From Trueperaceae bacterium (GTDB lineage Bacteria > Deinococcota > Deinococci > Deinococcales > Trueperaceae), in the NCBI GenBank assembly GCA_040905465.1, contig JBBDRK010000067.1:19042-83041 (forward strand): a stretch of 64,000 nucleotides of DNA. The letters run 5' to 3'. Below the pieces are notes generated by a model that was not told the DNA's origin, did no database searches, and was given only the letters and a program-made list of their open reading frames with translations. Each line of letters begins with the position of its first letter. Position 1 is the first letter of the stretch. A program made the translations under genes and the position numbers. This document shows, piece by piece, positions 9,785 to 18,691 of the stretch.

Positions 9785-10612
9785 TCATGTCGTACTTCGA
9801 AGTAAGGTAATATCCGCAGGGGCAATTTCATCGAACGGTTCCAAATCCCGATCCCAGCGCCTCTCGTACTCGAGTGAGAGAGCGCCGTTAAAACCTGCCT
9901 GCCTCAATTGCTGTAGAAGGTCGCGCCATGGCACAGAACCCGTTCCGAGTCGGGTGAACCGCCCCTCGCCACCATCCCCCACGAGGACGTCCTTGACGTG
10001 CACGTGGCGCACCCAGGCCAGCTGTCCGCGCAGTGCCAAGGATGCGTTCTCGCCATCGAGGACCAGGTTTGCCGGATCGAAGAGGATCCCGACGGCCGGC
10101 GAGTCGATCCCGCGGATGAGCCGCAACATACTGTCGGTCGTGCTACCGAAGGACCAACCCTTAGTCTCGATATTGAGCGATACGGCAGCGAGAGAAGCGA
10201 TCGTAGCCAATTTGCGCATGCTGTCCAGGAATCGCTCGAACCGTATCGTGCTACCTTCCCCCTCTCGGCGTCCCGCCAAAATTCGCACGCCCCTGGCTCC
10301 CAGAAAGTCCGCTACCTCGATCGCATTCTTGACGTCCGCGATGGCTTCACTACGGATATCGTCGTCGGCACTATCCAGGGTCCGTACGTAAGGCGTGATG
10401 TGCCAAGCGGTTAGACCTGCCGACTCGAGTTGGCGGCGCAAATTGATCAACTCACCTGGATCAGGGCGAGAGGACAAGCCGCATGCATACCCGTCGTCCT
10501 GAACTATTTCCACTCCGTCCAAGCCGAGGCGTGAGAATAGCTCGACGGCGCTCTCAAGGTTCAGTTCGGGGGTTGCCAGCGTGTGCCCGACGATTGGCGG
10601 ATATTTGGCCAC
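9785..10612 (-). CDS. Sugar phosphate isomerase/epimerase family (AP endonuclease 2 TIM barrel)
   Basis: GLDGVEI, NIE, FDPAN, HVHVKD, LGTGSVPW, SLEYE metal-binding pattern. Confidence 0.85.
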   Translation of the reverse strand: MAKYPPIVGHTLATPELNLESAVELFSRLGLDGVEIVQDDGYACGLSSRPDPGELINLRRQLESAGLTAWHITPYVRTLDSADDDIRSEAIADVKNAIEVADFLGARGVRILAGRREGEGSTIRFERFLDSMRKLATIASLAAVSLNIETKGWSFGSTTDSMLRLIRGIDSPAVGILFDPANLVLDGENASLALRGQLAWVRHVHVKDVLVGDGGEGRFTRLGTGSVPWRDLLQQLRQAGFNGALSLEYERRWDRDLEPFDEIAPADITLLRSTT

Positions 10613-10616
10613 TTGC

Positions 10617-11393
10617 TTAGCCGGCCAACTTCGCGTACTCGGCGACGCGCCGGGCGAGTTCCATCTTTAGGCTGCTCGAGTCGGTCGCGATGGTAACGAG
10701 GTCGACGCCCCAACCGGCGGCTAGCCTTGCGAATGGAGGTCCCGCCGTGTGCAGTCCAACGAAGAGCGAGCGCTTGTGGCACTCGTCGATGACACGTTTT
10801 ATTGCCGCCTGGTGTTCCGGCCGGGTGCAGTCGGTCTCGGGGGGAAACCCCATCGAGAGACTAAGGTCTGCCGGTCCGATATACACCCCTGAGAGACCGG
10901 GAGTGTCGAGTATTGGTTCCAGGTTCTCGAGGGCAGCAGTCGATTCGATCATGACGAAGACCAAACAGTTGGCATCTGCGTCAGGAAAATAGGGTTCCTC
11001 TGCAACCAGCGCGGCCCGCATGGGACCGGAACTGCGCTTGCCGCGAGGGGGGTAGCGACAGGCCGAGACGGCTACTTCCGCTTGCTCGGCATTGTCTACC
11101 ATGGGTACGATTACACCGTCGGCGCCGGCATCAAGAAGGCGCATGAGAATACTTGGTTCGTTCCAGGGTGCACGAACAAAAGTGGGTACGTCCTTGGCCA
11201 GCGTCGCCTGGAGCATCGACAGGGCCTGGGTGAAGTCGATGAGGCCATGCTGCATATCGACACAAATTGAGTCGAATCCTGCGCGGGATGCCATCTCGGC
11301 GACGAAGCCGTTGGGAATTGTTAGCCAGGCATTGGTTGTCGTGCGCTGTTTCCGCCACTCACCCAGAAGACGCTGAATTGATCGCTTTGGCAT
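10617..11393 (-). CDS. HpcH/HpaI class II aldolase
   Basis: DMQHG, LDAGADGVIVPMV, RYPPRGKRS, MIES, YIGPADLSLSMG. Confidence 0.9.
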   Translation of the reverse strand: MPKRSIQRLLGEWRKQRTTTNAWLTIPNGFVAEMASRAGFDSICVDMQHGLIDFTQALSMLQATLAKDVPTFVRAPWNEPSILMRLLDAGADGVIVPMVDNAEQAEVAVSACRYPPRGKRSSGPMRAALVAEEPYFPDADANCLVFVMIESTAALENLEPILDTPGLSGVYIGPADLSLSMGFPPETDCTRPEHQAAIKRVIDECHKRSLFVGLHTAGPPFARLAAGWGVDLVTIATDSSSLKMELARRVAEYAKLAG

Positions 11394-11410
11394 ATTTTCT
11401 CTTTAATCGC

Positions 11411-11436
11411 GGGGTGGGAGCGGAAGCTCCCACCCC
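11411..11436 (-). terminator. Perfect stem-loop between the binding-protein and aldolase genes
   Basis: GGGGTGGGAGC-GGAA-GCTCCCACCCC, 11-bp stem. Confidence 0.55.
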
Positions 11437-11444
11437 AAGTGGAC

Positions 11445-12917
11445 TCAATCGCCTAGTGTTACAGAAGTGAAGTCGGGAGCCGAACTGGGTGCTGGCTGGA
11501 AGTTCTCGACCCGTTGGCGATGGGCGTAGTTTTCGAGCATGTCGATCGGGAACATTCCAACAGCCTCTTCCCAGACGATCTCCGACGCCTGGGCATACAG
11601 ATCTAGACGCTTGTCCTGGTCTAGCTCGGCCCGTGCCGCCAACAGGAGTTCATCGAGCTGCGGATTGCAGTAACCGGTCCGCTCGGCTGCGCACTGGTAG
11701 AGCCGCCCCAACAGGATATCTGCATCGCCAGTGGCCGCGGACTGGATCATGTTGTTCATGGAGAAGTTGAGGTTGACCAGATCCTGGATCCAGATGGCGT
11801 GCTCCTTCTGTTGCGGAGCTACAGTAATCCCAACCTCTGCCAGGTCCGAGATGATGGTGTACGAGAGATCGCTGTATTCCTCGTTCTTCCACATCATCGA
11901 GGTCTCGAAGCCGTCTGGGAAACCGGCCTCGGCCAGGAGCGACCGGGCAAGCTCCGGATCGTACTCGTAAGGCCGCTGCGGTGCGTAGCCGAACACCTGC
12001 GGCGTTATGGGCGCGTCGGCAGCGACACCGATGCCCTCATAAAGGTTCTCGATTGCCGCTTCGAAGTCGATCGCATGCCATACCGCCCGTCGAACGCGCG
12101 CATCGGTGAACGGTTCCTGGCTCGAGTTGAACCAGATTACGTAAGAGCCGTAACTTGGGACCGAAGCGATCTCGATGTTCTGCTCTTCCTGGAGTTGGCG
12201 GAGCTGATCAGCGGGGATCAGCCAGGTGAGATCGATTTCACCGGTGCGGAGTGCCGTTAGGCGGCTCGATACCTCGGGAATCCGGAGCAGCTCGAGGCCG
12301 TCCAGTGACGGTGCGCCTGCCCAGTAGTCCTCGTTGGCGCTGAGTACTACCCGGTTGTCGACCTCAAAGTCCTCGATGGTGAAAGGTCCGGTACCTACTG
12401 GGGCGGTACCAAAGTCTTCTGTCGCGATGTCTTCACTGGAGCCGATGAACATCCGGGTGAGATTTACCAGCAAGGTCCCCATGGGCTCCTCGGTGGTCAT
12501 CACTACTTCGTAATCACCGTTGGTTGTGACAGTAATGGGTGAGAAGAGGGCTGCCGCCGGCCCATCCAGCTCGACATACCGGTCCATCGAGGTCTTCACG
12601 TCCTCAGAGGTGAGGGGCGAGCCGTCGTGAAAGAGTACGTCCTCACGGAGCTTGAAGACCCAAGTTCGGGCGTCCGGATTACTCCAGCTCTCGGCAACGC
12701 TGGGCTCGAACGTATCGCTGTCTCTAACGACTAAAGTGTCGAAAATGTGGTTAGCGGCCGTCGTCGTTCCGATATCCAGTCCATTGATCCCCTGCGGGTC
12801 GAGCGTGGTGATCGCGAATGGAACGGCAACTTTGAGTACGCCTTGGGCCAAGGAAAGACTTAGTAGCAGGGCTGCTCCAAGGATAGTGAATGTCCGAAAA
12901 CATAATCGCCTGCTCAT
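11445..12917 (-). CDS. ABC transporter substrate-binding protein, family 5
   Basis: Signal peptide ending SLAQ, LREDVLFHDGSPLTSEDV, PVGTGPF, TGYCNP. Confidence 0.9.
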   Translation of the reverse strand: MSRRLCFRTFTILGAALLLSLSLAQGVLKVAVPFAITTLDPQGINGLDIGTTTAANHIFDTLVVRDSDTFEPSVAESWSNPDARTWVFKLREDVLFHDGSPLTSEDVKTSMDRYVELDGPAAALFSPITVTTNGDYEVVMTTEEPMGTLLVNLTRMFIGSSEDIATEDFGTAPVGTGPFTIEDFEVDNRVVLSANEDYWAGAPSLDGLELLRIPEVSSRLTALRTGEIDLTWLIPADQLRQLQEEQNIEIASVPSYGSYVIWFNSSQEPFTDARVRRAVWHAIDFEAAIENLYEGIGVAADAPITPQVFGYAPQRPYEYDPELARSLLAEAGFPDGFETSMMWKNEEYSDLSYTIISDLAEVGITVAPQQKEHAIWIQDLVNLNFSMNNMIQSAATGDADILLGRLYQCAAERTGYCNPQLDELLLAARAELDQDKRLDLYAQASEIVWEEAVGMFPIDMLENYAHRQRVENFQPAPSSAPDFTSVTLGD

Positions 12918-12956
12918 GATGGGGTTCCTCCTGTGAAATGTGAACGAGGACTTCGG

Positions 12957-14039
12957 CTAGCGTTGCTCTGACAGGTTTCTCCTTTCGAAGTGACTCGTGG
13001 TTACCCGTGGCGAAGCCGTGCTCGAACCCGGTTCGAAAGTGCACGGCAGGACGAAGCGTTGGGGGGCCTGCGCGGTCCCGTCCAGGAGTGTCAGTAGTGT
13101 GGCCAGGCTGCGGCGGCCCATCGCCTCACGCGGAATCGTGAACGATGTCCAATCGGGGTCACCGGTAGCCGGGTTGAGCGGGTCGCCGAGTACCGCGAAT
13201 GAAAGCTGATCTGGAAGCTGGATTCCTTGGTCCCTGGCCAATTCTTCGAACCGCCGAGCCAAATCGTCCGTCTCGAGCAGAACGGCTGTAACCTGATCGT
13301 CGTATAGCTTGGCGACGATGTTTACTTCGAGCGCGCCTTCACTAGTTCGAAGGACCGACGATTGCCCCTCGAGGCCAAAGTTCCTCATCGACGTAAGGTA
13401 GCCCGATTCGCGGTCTGCGGCAGATTCGTCTGCCTCCGGGCCGCCTATATAGGCAATTCTGCGGTGACCTAGTTCGACGAGGTGGCTGATGATCTCTGCT
13501 GTCGCCCCAGAGTAGTCAGCCGCCACATACGACACACTTGTTCCAGGAACCTCCCGGCGGCCTACACATATGAACGGGTAGCCTGAGGAGGCCAGCTGCG
13601 CGAGTTCATGCTTGGGCGGCTGGCGGCCGAGGAGGATGCCGCCGTCCGCCATCTGCAGCCGATTGACGCCGTCGAGGAAGATGCTGCGTGGCCGGCCGAG
13701 TCGACTGGCACTGGTGAATAGCAGCAGGTCGAATCCCTTCGCCTCGGCCTCCTGTTCTATACCAAGCAGGAACGGGAAGTAGAAGTCGCGCTGGGCGACA
13801 GGAAAAATCGATTCGAAACTGAATACGCCTAGCAACCTCGTGCGGCCCATGGCCAGGTTGCGGGCAACCGGATTGGGCACGTAGCCAAGTTGTGCGATCG
13901 CCCGCAGTACCCTTGATTCCGTTTCGTCACTAACCCGCACCGTCCCCCGACTGTCGGGGTTAAGCACCTTAGACACGACCGCCGTCGATACGCCGGCGAG
14001 CTTGGCTACGTCTATCTGGGTTGGTCGGCGCTGTTTCAT
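12957..14039 (-). CDS. LacI family transcriptional regulator
   Basis: PTQIDVAKLAGVSTAVVSKVLN HTH, LGYVPN..AR.L hinge, LGHRRIAYI. Confidence 0.92.
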   Translation of the reverse strand: MKQRRPTQIDVAKLAGVSTAVVSKVLNPDSRGTVRVSDETESRVLRAIAQLGYVPNPVARNLAMGRTRLLGVFSFESIFPVAQRDFYFPFLLGIEQEAEAKGFDLLLFTSASRLGRPRSIFLDGVNRLQMADGGILLGRQPPKHELAQLASSGYPFICVGRREVPGTSVSYVAADYSGATAEIISHLVELGHRRIAYIGGPEADESAADRESGYLTSMRNFGLEGQSSVLRTSEGALEVNIVAKLYDDQVTAVLLETDDLARRFEELARDQGIQLPDQLSFAVLGDPLNPATGDPDWTSFTIPREAMGRRSLATLLTLLDGTAQAPQRFVLPCTFEPGSSTASPRVTTSHFERRNLSEQR

Positions 14040-14076
14040 CGCCGGCACACTTCCGTTTCTTTGCTGAGCCACACTT

Positions 14077-14119
14077 TGATTATGCGTATAATCTACTGCC
14101 CCAGAGGGCACGCTGTCAA
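14077..14119 (-). promoter_or_regulatory. Promoter with LacI operator upstream of the LacI gene
   Basis: TTGACA (14114-14119), 18-bp spacer, TAGATT; overlapping palindrome TGATTATGCGTATAATC at 14077-14093. Confidence 0.72.
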
Positions 14120-14146
14120 CGTTGGCAAAGTTGCCCATAGACGAGG

Positions 14147-14905
14147 CTAGATATACTCGCCGGCGTCGAGGCGCAGGACGGCTCCCGTAATGTGCTCTGC
14201 ATCTGCCGACGCTAGAAAGCTCACGACGCGGGCTACTTCGGCTGGTTCTACCAGATGCTTGAGTGCTGTCGCCTCGAGGATACGGAGTTTGTGGTTTTCG
14301 CTGACCTTGAGCCGCTGCTTTTCGGTACCGATGTACCCGGACGCGACCATGTTGACGTTGATGCCAAACGGACCTAGCTCTTTTGCCATTGACTTCGTGA
14401 AGCCCAGCATTCCCGCCTTGGCGCTTGTGTATGCCGGCTGTCGCTCCTTGCCTCGCAGTCCGTTGATTGAGCCGATGTTCACTATCGTGCCGGCGTGCTG
14501 TTCGATGAAGACGGGCGCAACCGCATGGGTGTAGTTGAAGCAGGATTTGAGGTTGAGACCTATGACCTCATCCCAGACTTCCTCGCTAATTTCCCAGATG
14601 TAACCTTCTGCCCTGCCCGCCCCGCCGACGTTGTTTATCAGGATGTCGAGCGTGCCCCAGCGTTCCACCACGTCGTCGACCAGTTGGTGCGCCTGCCGGA
14701 AGTTCGTCGCGTCGGCCTTTGACGCGACTACCTTCAATCCTTCTCGCGACAGTCGCTCCTGCAGGGCCAGCGCCTTGTCCTCACTAGAAGCGAAGGTGAA
14801 GACGACGCGGTCACCGGCCCGGGCGAAGTGCTCGACCAGGAACGAGCCCAGGCCGTGAGAACCTCCGGTAACCAGGATCGTGCGAATGGACGTCGACTCG
14901 CTCAC
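14147..14905 (-). CDS. Short-chain dehydrogenase/reductase (FabG-like)
   Basis: TGGSHGLG, INNVG, IVNIGS, YTSAK; GTG start overlaps the upstream stop (GTGA). Confidence 0.9.
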   Translation of the reverse strand: MSESTSIRTILVTGGSHGLGSFLVEHFARAGDRVVFTFASSEDKALALQERLSREGLKVVASKADATNFRQAHQLVDDVVERWGTLDILINNVGGAGRAEGYIWEISEEVWDEVIGLNLKSCFNYTHAVAPVFIEQHAGTIVNIGSINGLRGKERQPAYTSAKAGMLGFTKSMAKELGPFGINVNMVASGYIGTEKQRLKVSENHKLRILEATALKHLVEPAEVARVVSFLASADAEHITGAVLRLDAGEYI

Positions 14906-16683
14906 GGCGACCACGTCAGGCCGTAGGAGGCCTCGACCAGGGTGAGCTGACATGGCTCCCGGGAAGCGACGTTCCCGCCAAGATAGAGCGTTGTTGGAGT
15001 TCGCCCCGTGATCGAAAAGAAGGGCATCGCCTCCAGCCCGTTCACAGCGAGGCTTGCTTTGACCGGTGGCCAGATGTCTAGTTGCAATTCCAGGAAGTGA
15101 CCTTCGGATTTCATCCCACTGTTCGACCAACCGGTGTTGCTGTGCACCCAGACAGTGTTCGAGTGTCTTGGACGCAAGGCGACGGTCAACCAGTGGTGCC
15201 TGCCGTGACTCGACCGCAAGGTCAGCAGCGGGAACTCCTCTCCTGACAGTGCCTGATCGAGTCGGTAATTAAGCACGATGCGACTCGGCTTGCCGGCCAG
15301 TTTGCCAAAGTGAGGCGCATGCGCACGGCTCCTCACCGTCGGAAAATGCAGGCCGCTCCTGCCTTCTTCGGTTTCCAATCTCGGCAGGTCGTTTCCCGAT
15401 GCGTCGTTGGGCGCCAGGGGCTCGACTACCGTCCCCTTCATCCAGTCGAGTTCGATTCGAGCGTGGTTCAGATGATTGGCATTGTCCGTGAAACTGACCC
15501 AGACAGCGTGGAGTGACGGCACTCGATTATTGTCGACGGACTCGGCTAGCCAGCCGTATGCCGAACCGAGCCAGTGCTCACGGCACTCCGCGGAGAGTAC
15601 TTTGACGAGCGGCCAGTGGTTGTTCGCCAACCCAGGCTCATCAGTCATGAAAACTGAGATGTTGGTACGGTCGGTCACCAGATGCTCGTTGGTTTGCAGC
15701 AGAGCATAGCTGCCGTTTCGCAGCTGGGTGATGAACGGTTTGGTCCCCGAACCACCGGTGTTGGGCAGGCCGGCGGGTCGGGGTGAGGACCAGGTACGAC
15801 CCCCATTACTTGAGGTGCTGCGGTAGAGTTCGCGTCCCGTGTCGTACTGCACGCGCATGTAGGCGACCACTACGTCGTCGGTTGCCGACTCCACAATCGT
15901 GGGTTCGCAGAGGCAGAGAGACGGTTCTCCCCCAATGAAGTAGCTAGCTGTCCACGTTTCACCACCGTCCGTGGATTCAAGTACCCAGCATCTGTCCAGC
16001 GGCCAGAACGCCCCCTTTGGCTCGGTCACGGTTGTACGGCCGGCGATTGGCATGAGCAACCGCCCGCCGCGGAGCTTGAGAATACCGTTGAGGCAAAGCG
16101 CCCTCACGTCGCGAAACTTGTCGCCCCGGCCATCGTCCAGTGCCTGCATGAAGGCCCAGACGACTTCGCTTTCCCCGAGGGTTGTCCAGTCGCCCTGCTT
16201 CGCCGTCAGACGGATCCGACGTATTTCGCCCCCGCCCGTCGATCGGTGCGGACTGGCGGGGCCCCAGGTGTACGGCTGGTTGATCGTGTAGTAAAGCCAG
16301 GTCTTTCCCAGGGCGTCCTCGAAGGTGAATGAGTGCGTGATTGAGGAGGGCTGGGTGAAAGACGAGCCATGGTCCTGCGTCACGATCGGTTCCCCGCCGT
16401 GAGCCATCGTCCAGGAATCTCCTCGGTCACTGCTCACATACAGCGCCTGCTCGTTGCTGGCGTCGCCTTCCGCGTACCCCCGCTCGTCCCAACGACAGGT
16501 CACGAGGAGCTCACCGCTCGAGTGGACCAGGATGCTCGCCGCCTGTTGATGACGCAGTCGACTTCCTTCGATGGCACTATTGATACGTGTCGGAGACACG
16601 AAGAAACTCGCGGACTGCTCGCTTCGAAAGTTCGTTGCGAAGTGAGTCGGTCTTTCGATTCTCTTGTCGCCGGCAGGGTCCAT
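14902..16683 (-). CDS. BNR/Asp-box repeat (sialidase-fold) protein with C-terminal extension
   Basis: Asp-boxes SSDRGDSW, STDGGETW, SSNGGRTW; LCEPTIVE; no signal peptide. Confidence 0.75.
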   Translation of the reverse strand: MDPAGDKRIERPTHFATNFRSEQSASFFVSPTRINSAIEGSRLRHQQAASILVHSSGELLVTCRWDERGYAEGDASNEQALYVSSDRGDSWTMAHGGEPIVTQDHGSSFTQPSSITHSFTFEDALGKTWLYYTINQPYTWGPASPHRSTGGGEIRRIRLTAKQGDWTTLGESEVVWAFMQALDDGRGDKFRDVRALCLNGILKLRGGRLLMPIAGRTTVTEPKGAFWPLDRCWVLESTDGGETWTASYFIGGEPSLCLCEPTIVESATDDVVVAYMRVQYDTGRELYRSTSSNGGRTWSSPRPAGLPNTGGSGTKPFITQLRNGSYALLQTNEHLVTDRTNISVFMTDEPGLANNHWPLVKVLSAECREHWLGSAYGWLAESVDNNRVPSLHAVWVSFTDNANHLNHARIELDWMKGTVVEPLAPNDASGNDLPRLETEEGRSGLHFPTVRSRAHAPHFGKLAGKPSRIVLNYRLDQALSGEEFPLLTLRSSHGRHHWLTVALRPRHSNTVWVHSNTGWSNSGMKSEGHFLELQLDIWPPVKASLAVNGLEAMPFFSITGRTPTTLYLGGNVASREPCQLTLVEASYGLTWSP

Positions 16684-16809
16684 TGGTCTCCTTACCTAAA
16701 CCTTGTGCCGCGTTCTAATGCGCCTGCAAGGCATCGATTGGCTGTGACGGCGTTGCGATCGTGAGCGGTCGTGGTTCGTTGCGCCCTCCGCCTGCTGCGC
16801 CGGTCGACG

Positions 16810-17700
16810 TCAACCATGGCGGAGATGCGGGTCCAGGTAGTCGCGCAAGCGGTCGCCCAACGAGCCGACTGAGACCACGACGACGACCAGTGCGAACCCG
16901 GGAAGTGCGCTGATCCACCAAGCCGACGAGAGGTAGTCGCGCCCGCTGGCGATCGTTAGCCCCCAGGATGGCAAGGCTGGCGGAGTGCCCAGACCGAGGA
17001 AACTGAGCCCCGCTTCGGCGATTATCACCAGGCCGAACTCGACCGTCGCTATCACCAGTAACGAGGTAAGCGTGAAGGGGAAGACGTGACGGCTTAAGAC
17101 GCGACCATGCGAAGCACCCAGGGCGCGTGCGGCATGCACGAAATCGCGCTCCTTGGCAGCTAGTGTCGCGCTCCTGATTACCCGGGCGAACTTCACCCAT
17201 CGAGTTATTGACAGTGTAATAATTACGTTGCTAACGCTGGGCCCAATGACCGCCGCAATCAGGATCGCAAGGAGTATGGACGGGAAGGCAAGTTGAATAT
17301 CGGCAAGTCGCATGACCACGTTGTCGAGGGCTCCGCCAAAGTAGCCGGACGTGATGCCCAAGATAGTGCCTACCGTACCTGCCACCAGCACAGTTACGGA
17401 CCCCACGAGGAGCGACACCCGGGCACCGGCTATAATCTGCGCCAGTAAGTCACGCCCTAGGCGATCTGTCCCCAGCCACGCGGTTTCACCTGTTCCGGTA
17501 GCGGAACCGGGCGGCAACAGCCGATCACCAATGTTGACGTTGACGGCATCGTAGGGAAGCAGGAGCGGCCCCACGATTGCAGCCACGACGAAAAGGAGCG
17601 CGGGAACTGCCGCAGCGAAAAGAGGGGTGAGCCTCGAATGCCGCCGACTCGAAACTGCCTTGCCGACGTTGGGTTGCCCGTTGATGGATGCGTCGGACAT
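16810..17700 (-). CDS. Dpp/Opp-type ABC permease (DppC-like)
   Basis: LGTDRLGRD, EAA-like loop HAARALGA, EAGLSFLGLG; start approximate. Confidence 0.9.
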   Translation of the reverse strand: MSDASINGQPNVGKAVSSRRHSRLTPLFAAAVPALLFVVAAIVGPLLLPYDAVNVNIGDRLLPPGSATGTGETAWLGTDRLGRDLLAQIIAGARVSLLVGSVTVLVAGTVGTILGITSGYFGGALDNVVMRLADIQLAFPSILLAILIAAVIGPSVSNVIITLSITRWVKFARVIRSATLAAKERDFVHAARALGASHGRVLSRHVFPFTLTSLLVIATVEFGLVIIAEAGLSFLGLGTPPALPSWGLTIASGRDYLSSAWWISALPGFALVVVVVSVGSLGDRLRDYLDPHLRHG

Positions 17701-17704
17701 AGCC

Positions 17705-18634
17705 TTAGTGGTCACCGACCACTCGTACCCTTGGGTCCAGCCAGGTGTAGGTAATGTCCACAACCAGGTTCATCACGACGAACACCGCTGCCATCAATGC
17801 GGTGGTGGCCTGGACTACCGGAAAGTCCCTGTTCTGTATGGCGTTGATCAGGAGCCGACCTACCCCGGGCCAGGCGAAGACCGTCTCCACGATCACCGCG
17901 CCACCGATAAGTGCGCCAAGCTGCAGTCCTACGACTGTTACGACCGGTAGCAGCATGTTCCGCACGGCGTGACGATAGACGACGCCGTTCTCGGTGAGCC
18001 CCTTGGAGCGTGCGACCTGAACGTAGTTTTCGTTCAGTACGTCGAGCAGACCGCTGCGAACGAGGCGTACTACGATGCTGAGAAACGGAAGGCCCAGGGC
18101 GACGGTGGGCATGACCAGGTGCTGCCAGGAGGTTGCCCCGGCACTCGGGAGGAGCTGCAAGTAGCGCGCGAACACGAGAACGAGCATGATGCCTGTCCAA
18201 AAGGTGGGTAGCGCCTGTCCCACCAGAGAGATGCGGCTGACCAGCCGGTCAAACGCTTTGCCCGGAGAGCGGGCGGCAAGTACTCCCATAGGAAAGCCCA
18301 GAAGCACCGCAAAGCCCGTGGACGATACAGCGAGAAGCAAGGTGGCTGGCAGCCGGTCGATTACGTGGCCAATAGCCGAGCCGCCGAGGCGGTACGAGTC
18401 GCCGAAGTGAAGCTGAATCGCATTCATCATGTAACGCAAGTACTGCACGACCAGCGGCCGGTCGAGGCCGAGTCTCGTCCGGGTTGCCTCGATCTGATCG
18501 GGTGTGGCGGTGGGACCCAGAAGGGCGGTTGCCGGGTCGCCCGGCACGAAACGCATCACGATAAAGATGATCGTTACGGCACCCCACACGACGAAGATCG
18601 CGTAACCGAGCCGACGCAGAATGTAGGCCGTCAT
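17705..18634 (-). CDS. Dpp/Opp-type ABC permease (DppB-like)
   Basis: PGDPA, GLDRPL..QY, ARSKGL, ETVFAWPGVG, RDFPVVQ. Confidence 0.92.
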   Translation of the reverse strand: MTAYILRRLGYAIFVVWGAVTIIFIVMRFVPGDPATALLGPTATPDQIEATRTRLGLDRPLVVQYLRYMMNAIQLHFGDSYRLGGSAIGHVIDRLPATLLLAVSSTGFAVLLGFPMGVLAARSPGKAFDRLVSRISLVGQALPTFWTGIMLVLVFARYLQLLPSAGATSWQHLVMPTVALGLPFLSIVVRLVRSGLLDVLNENYVQVARSKGLTENGVVYRHAVRNMLLPVVTVVGLQLGALIGGAVIVETVFAWPGVGRLLINAIQNRDFPVVQATTALMAAVFVVMNLVVDITYTWLDPRVRVVGDH

Positions 18635-18691
18635 TAATCAGAAACACGGCAGCCTGCGCCTCTGAGGAAGGCGTAAGCTGACCGAGAAGAG

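Noticed and set aside
14902-16683. Canonical sialic acid (nan) operon
   Set aside because: No nanA, nanE or nanK, and the RIP motif is missing
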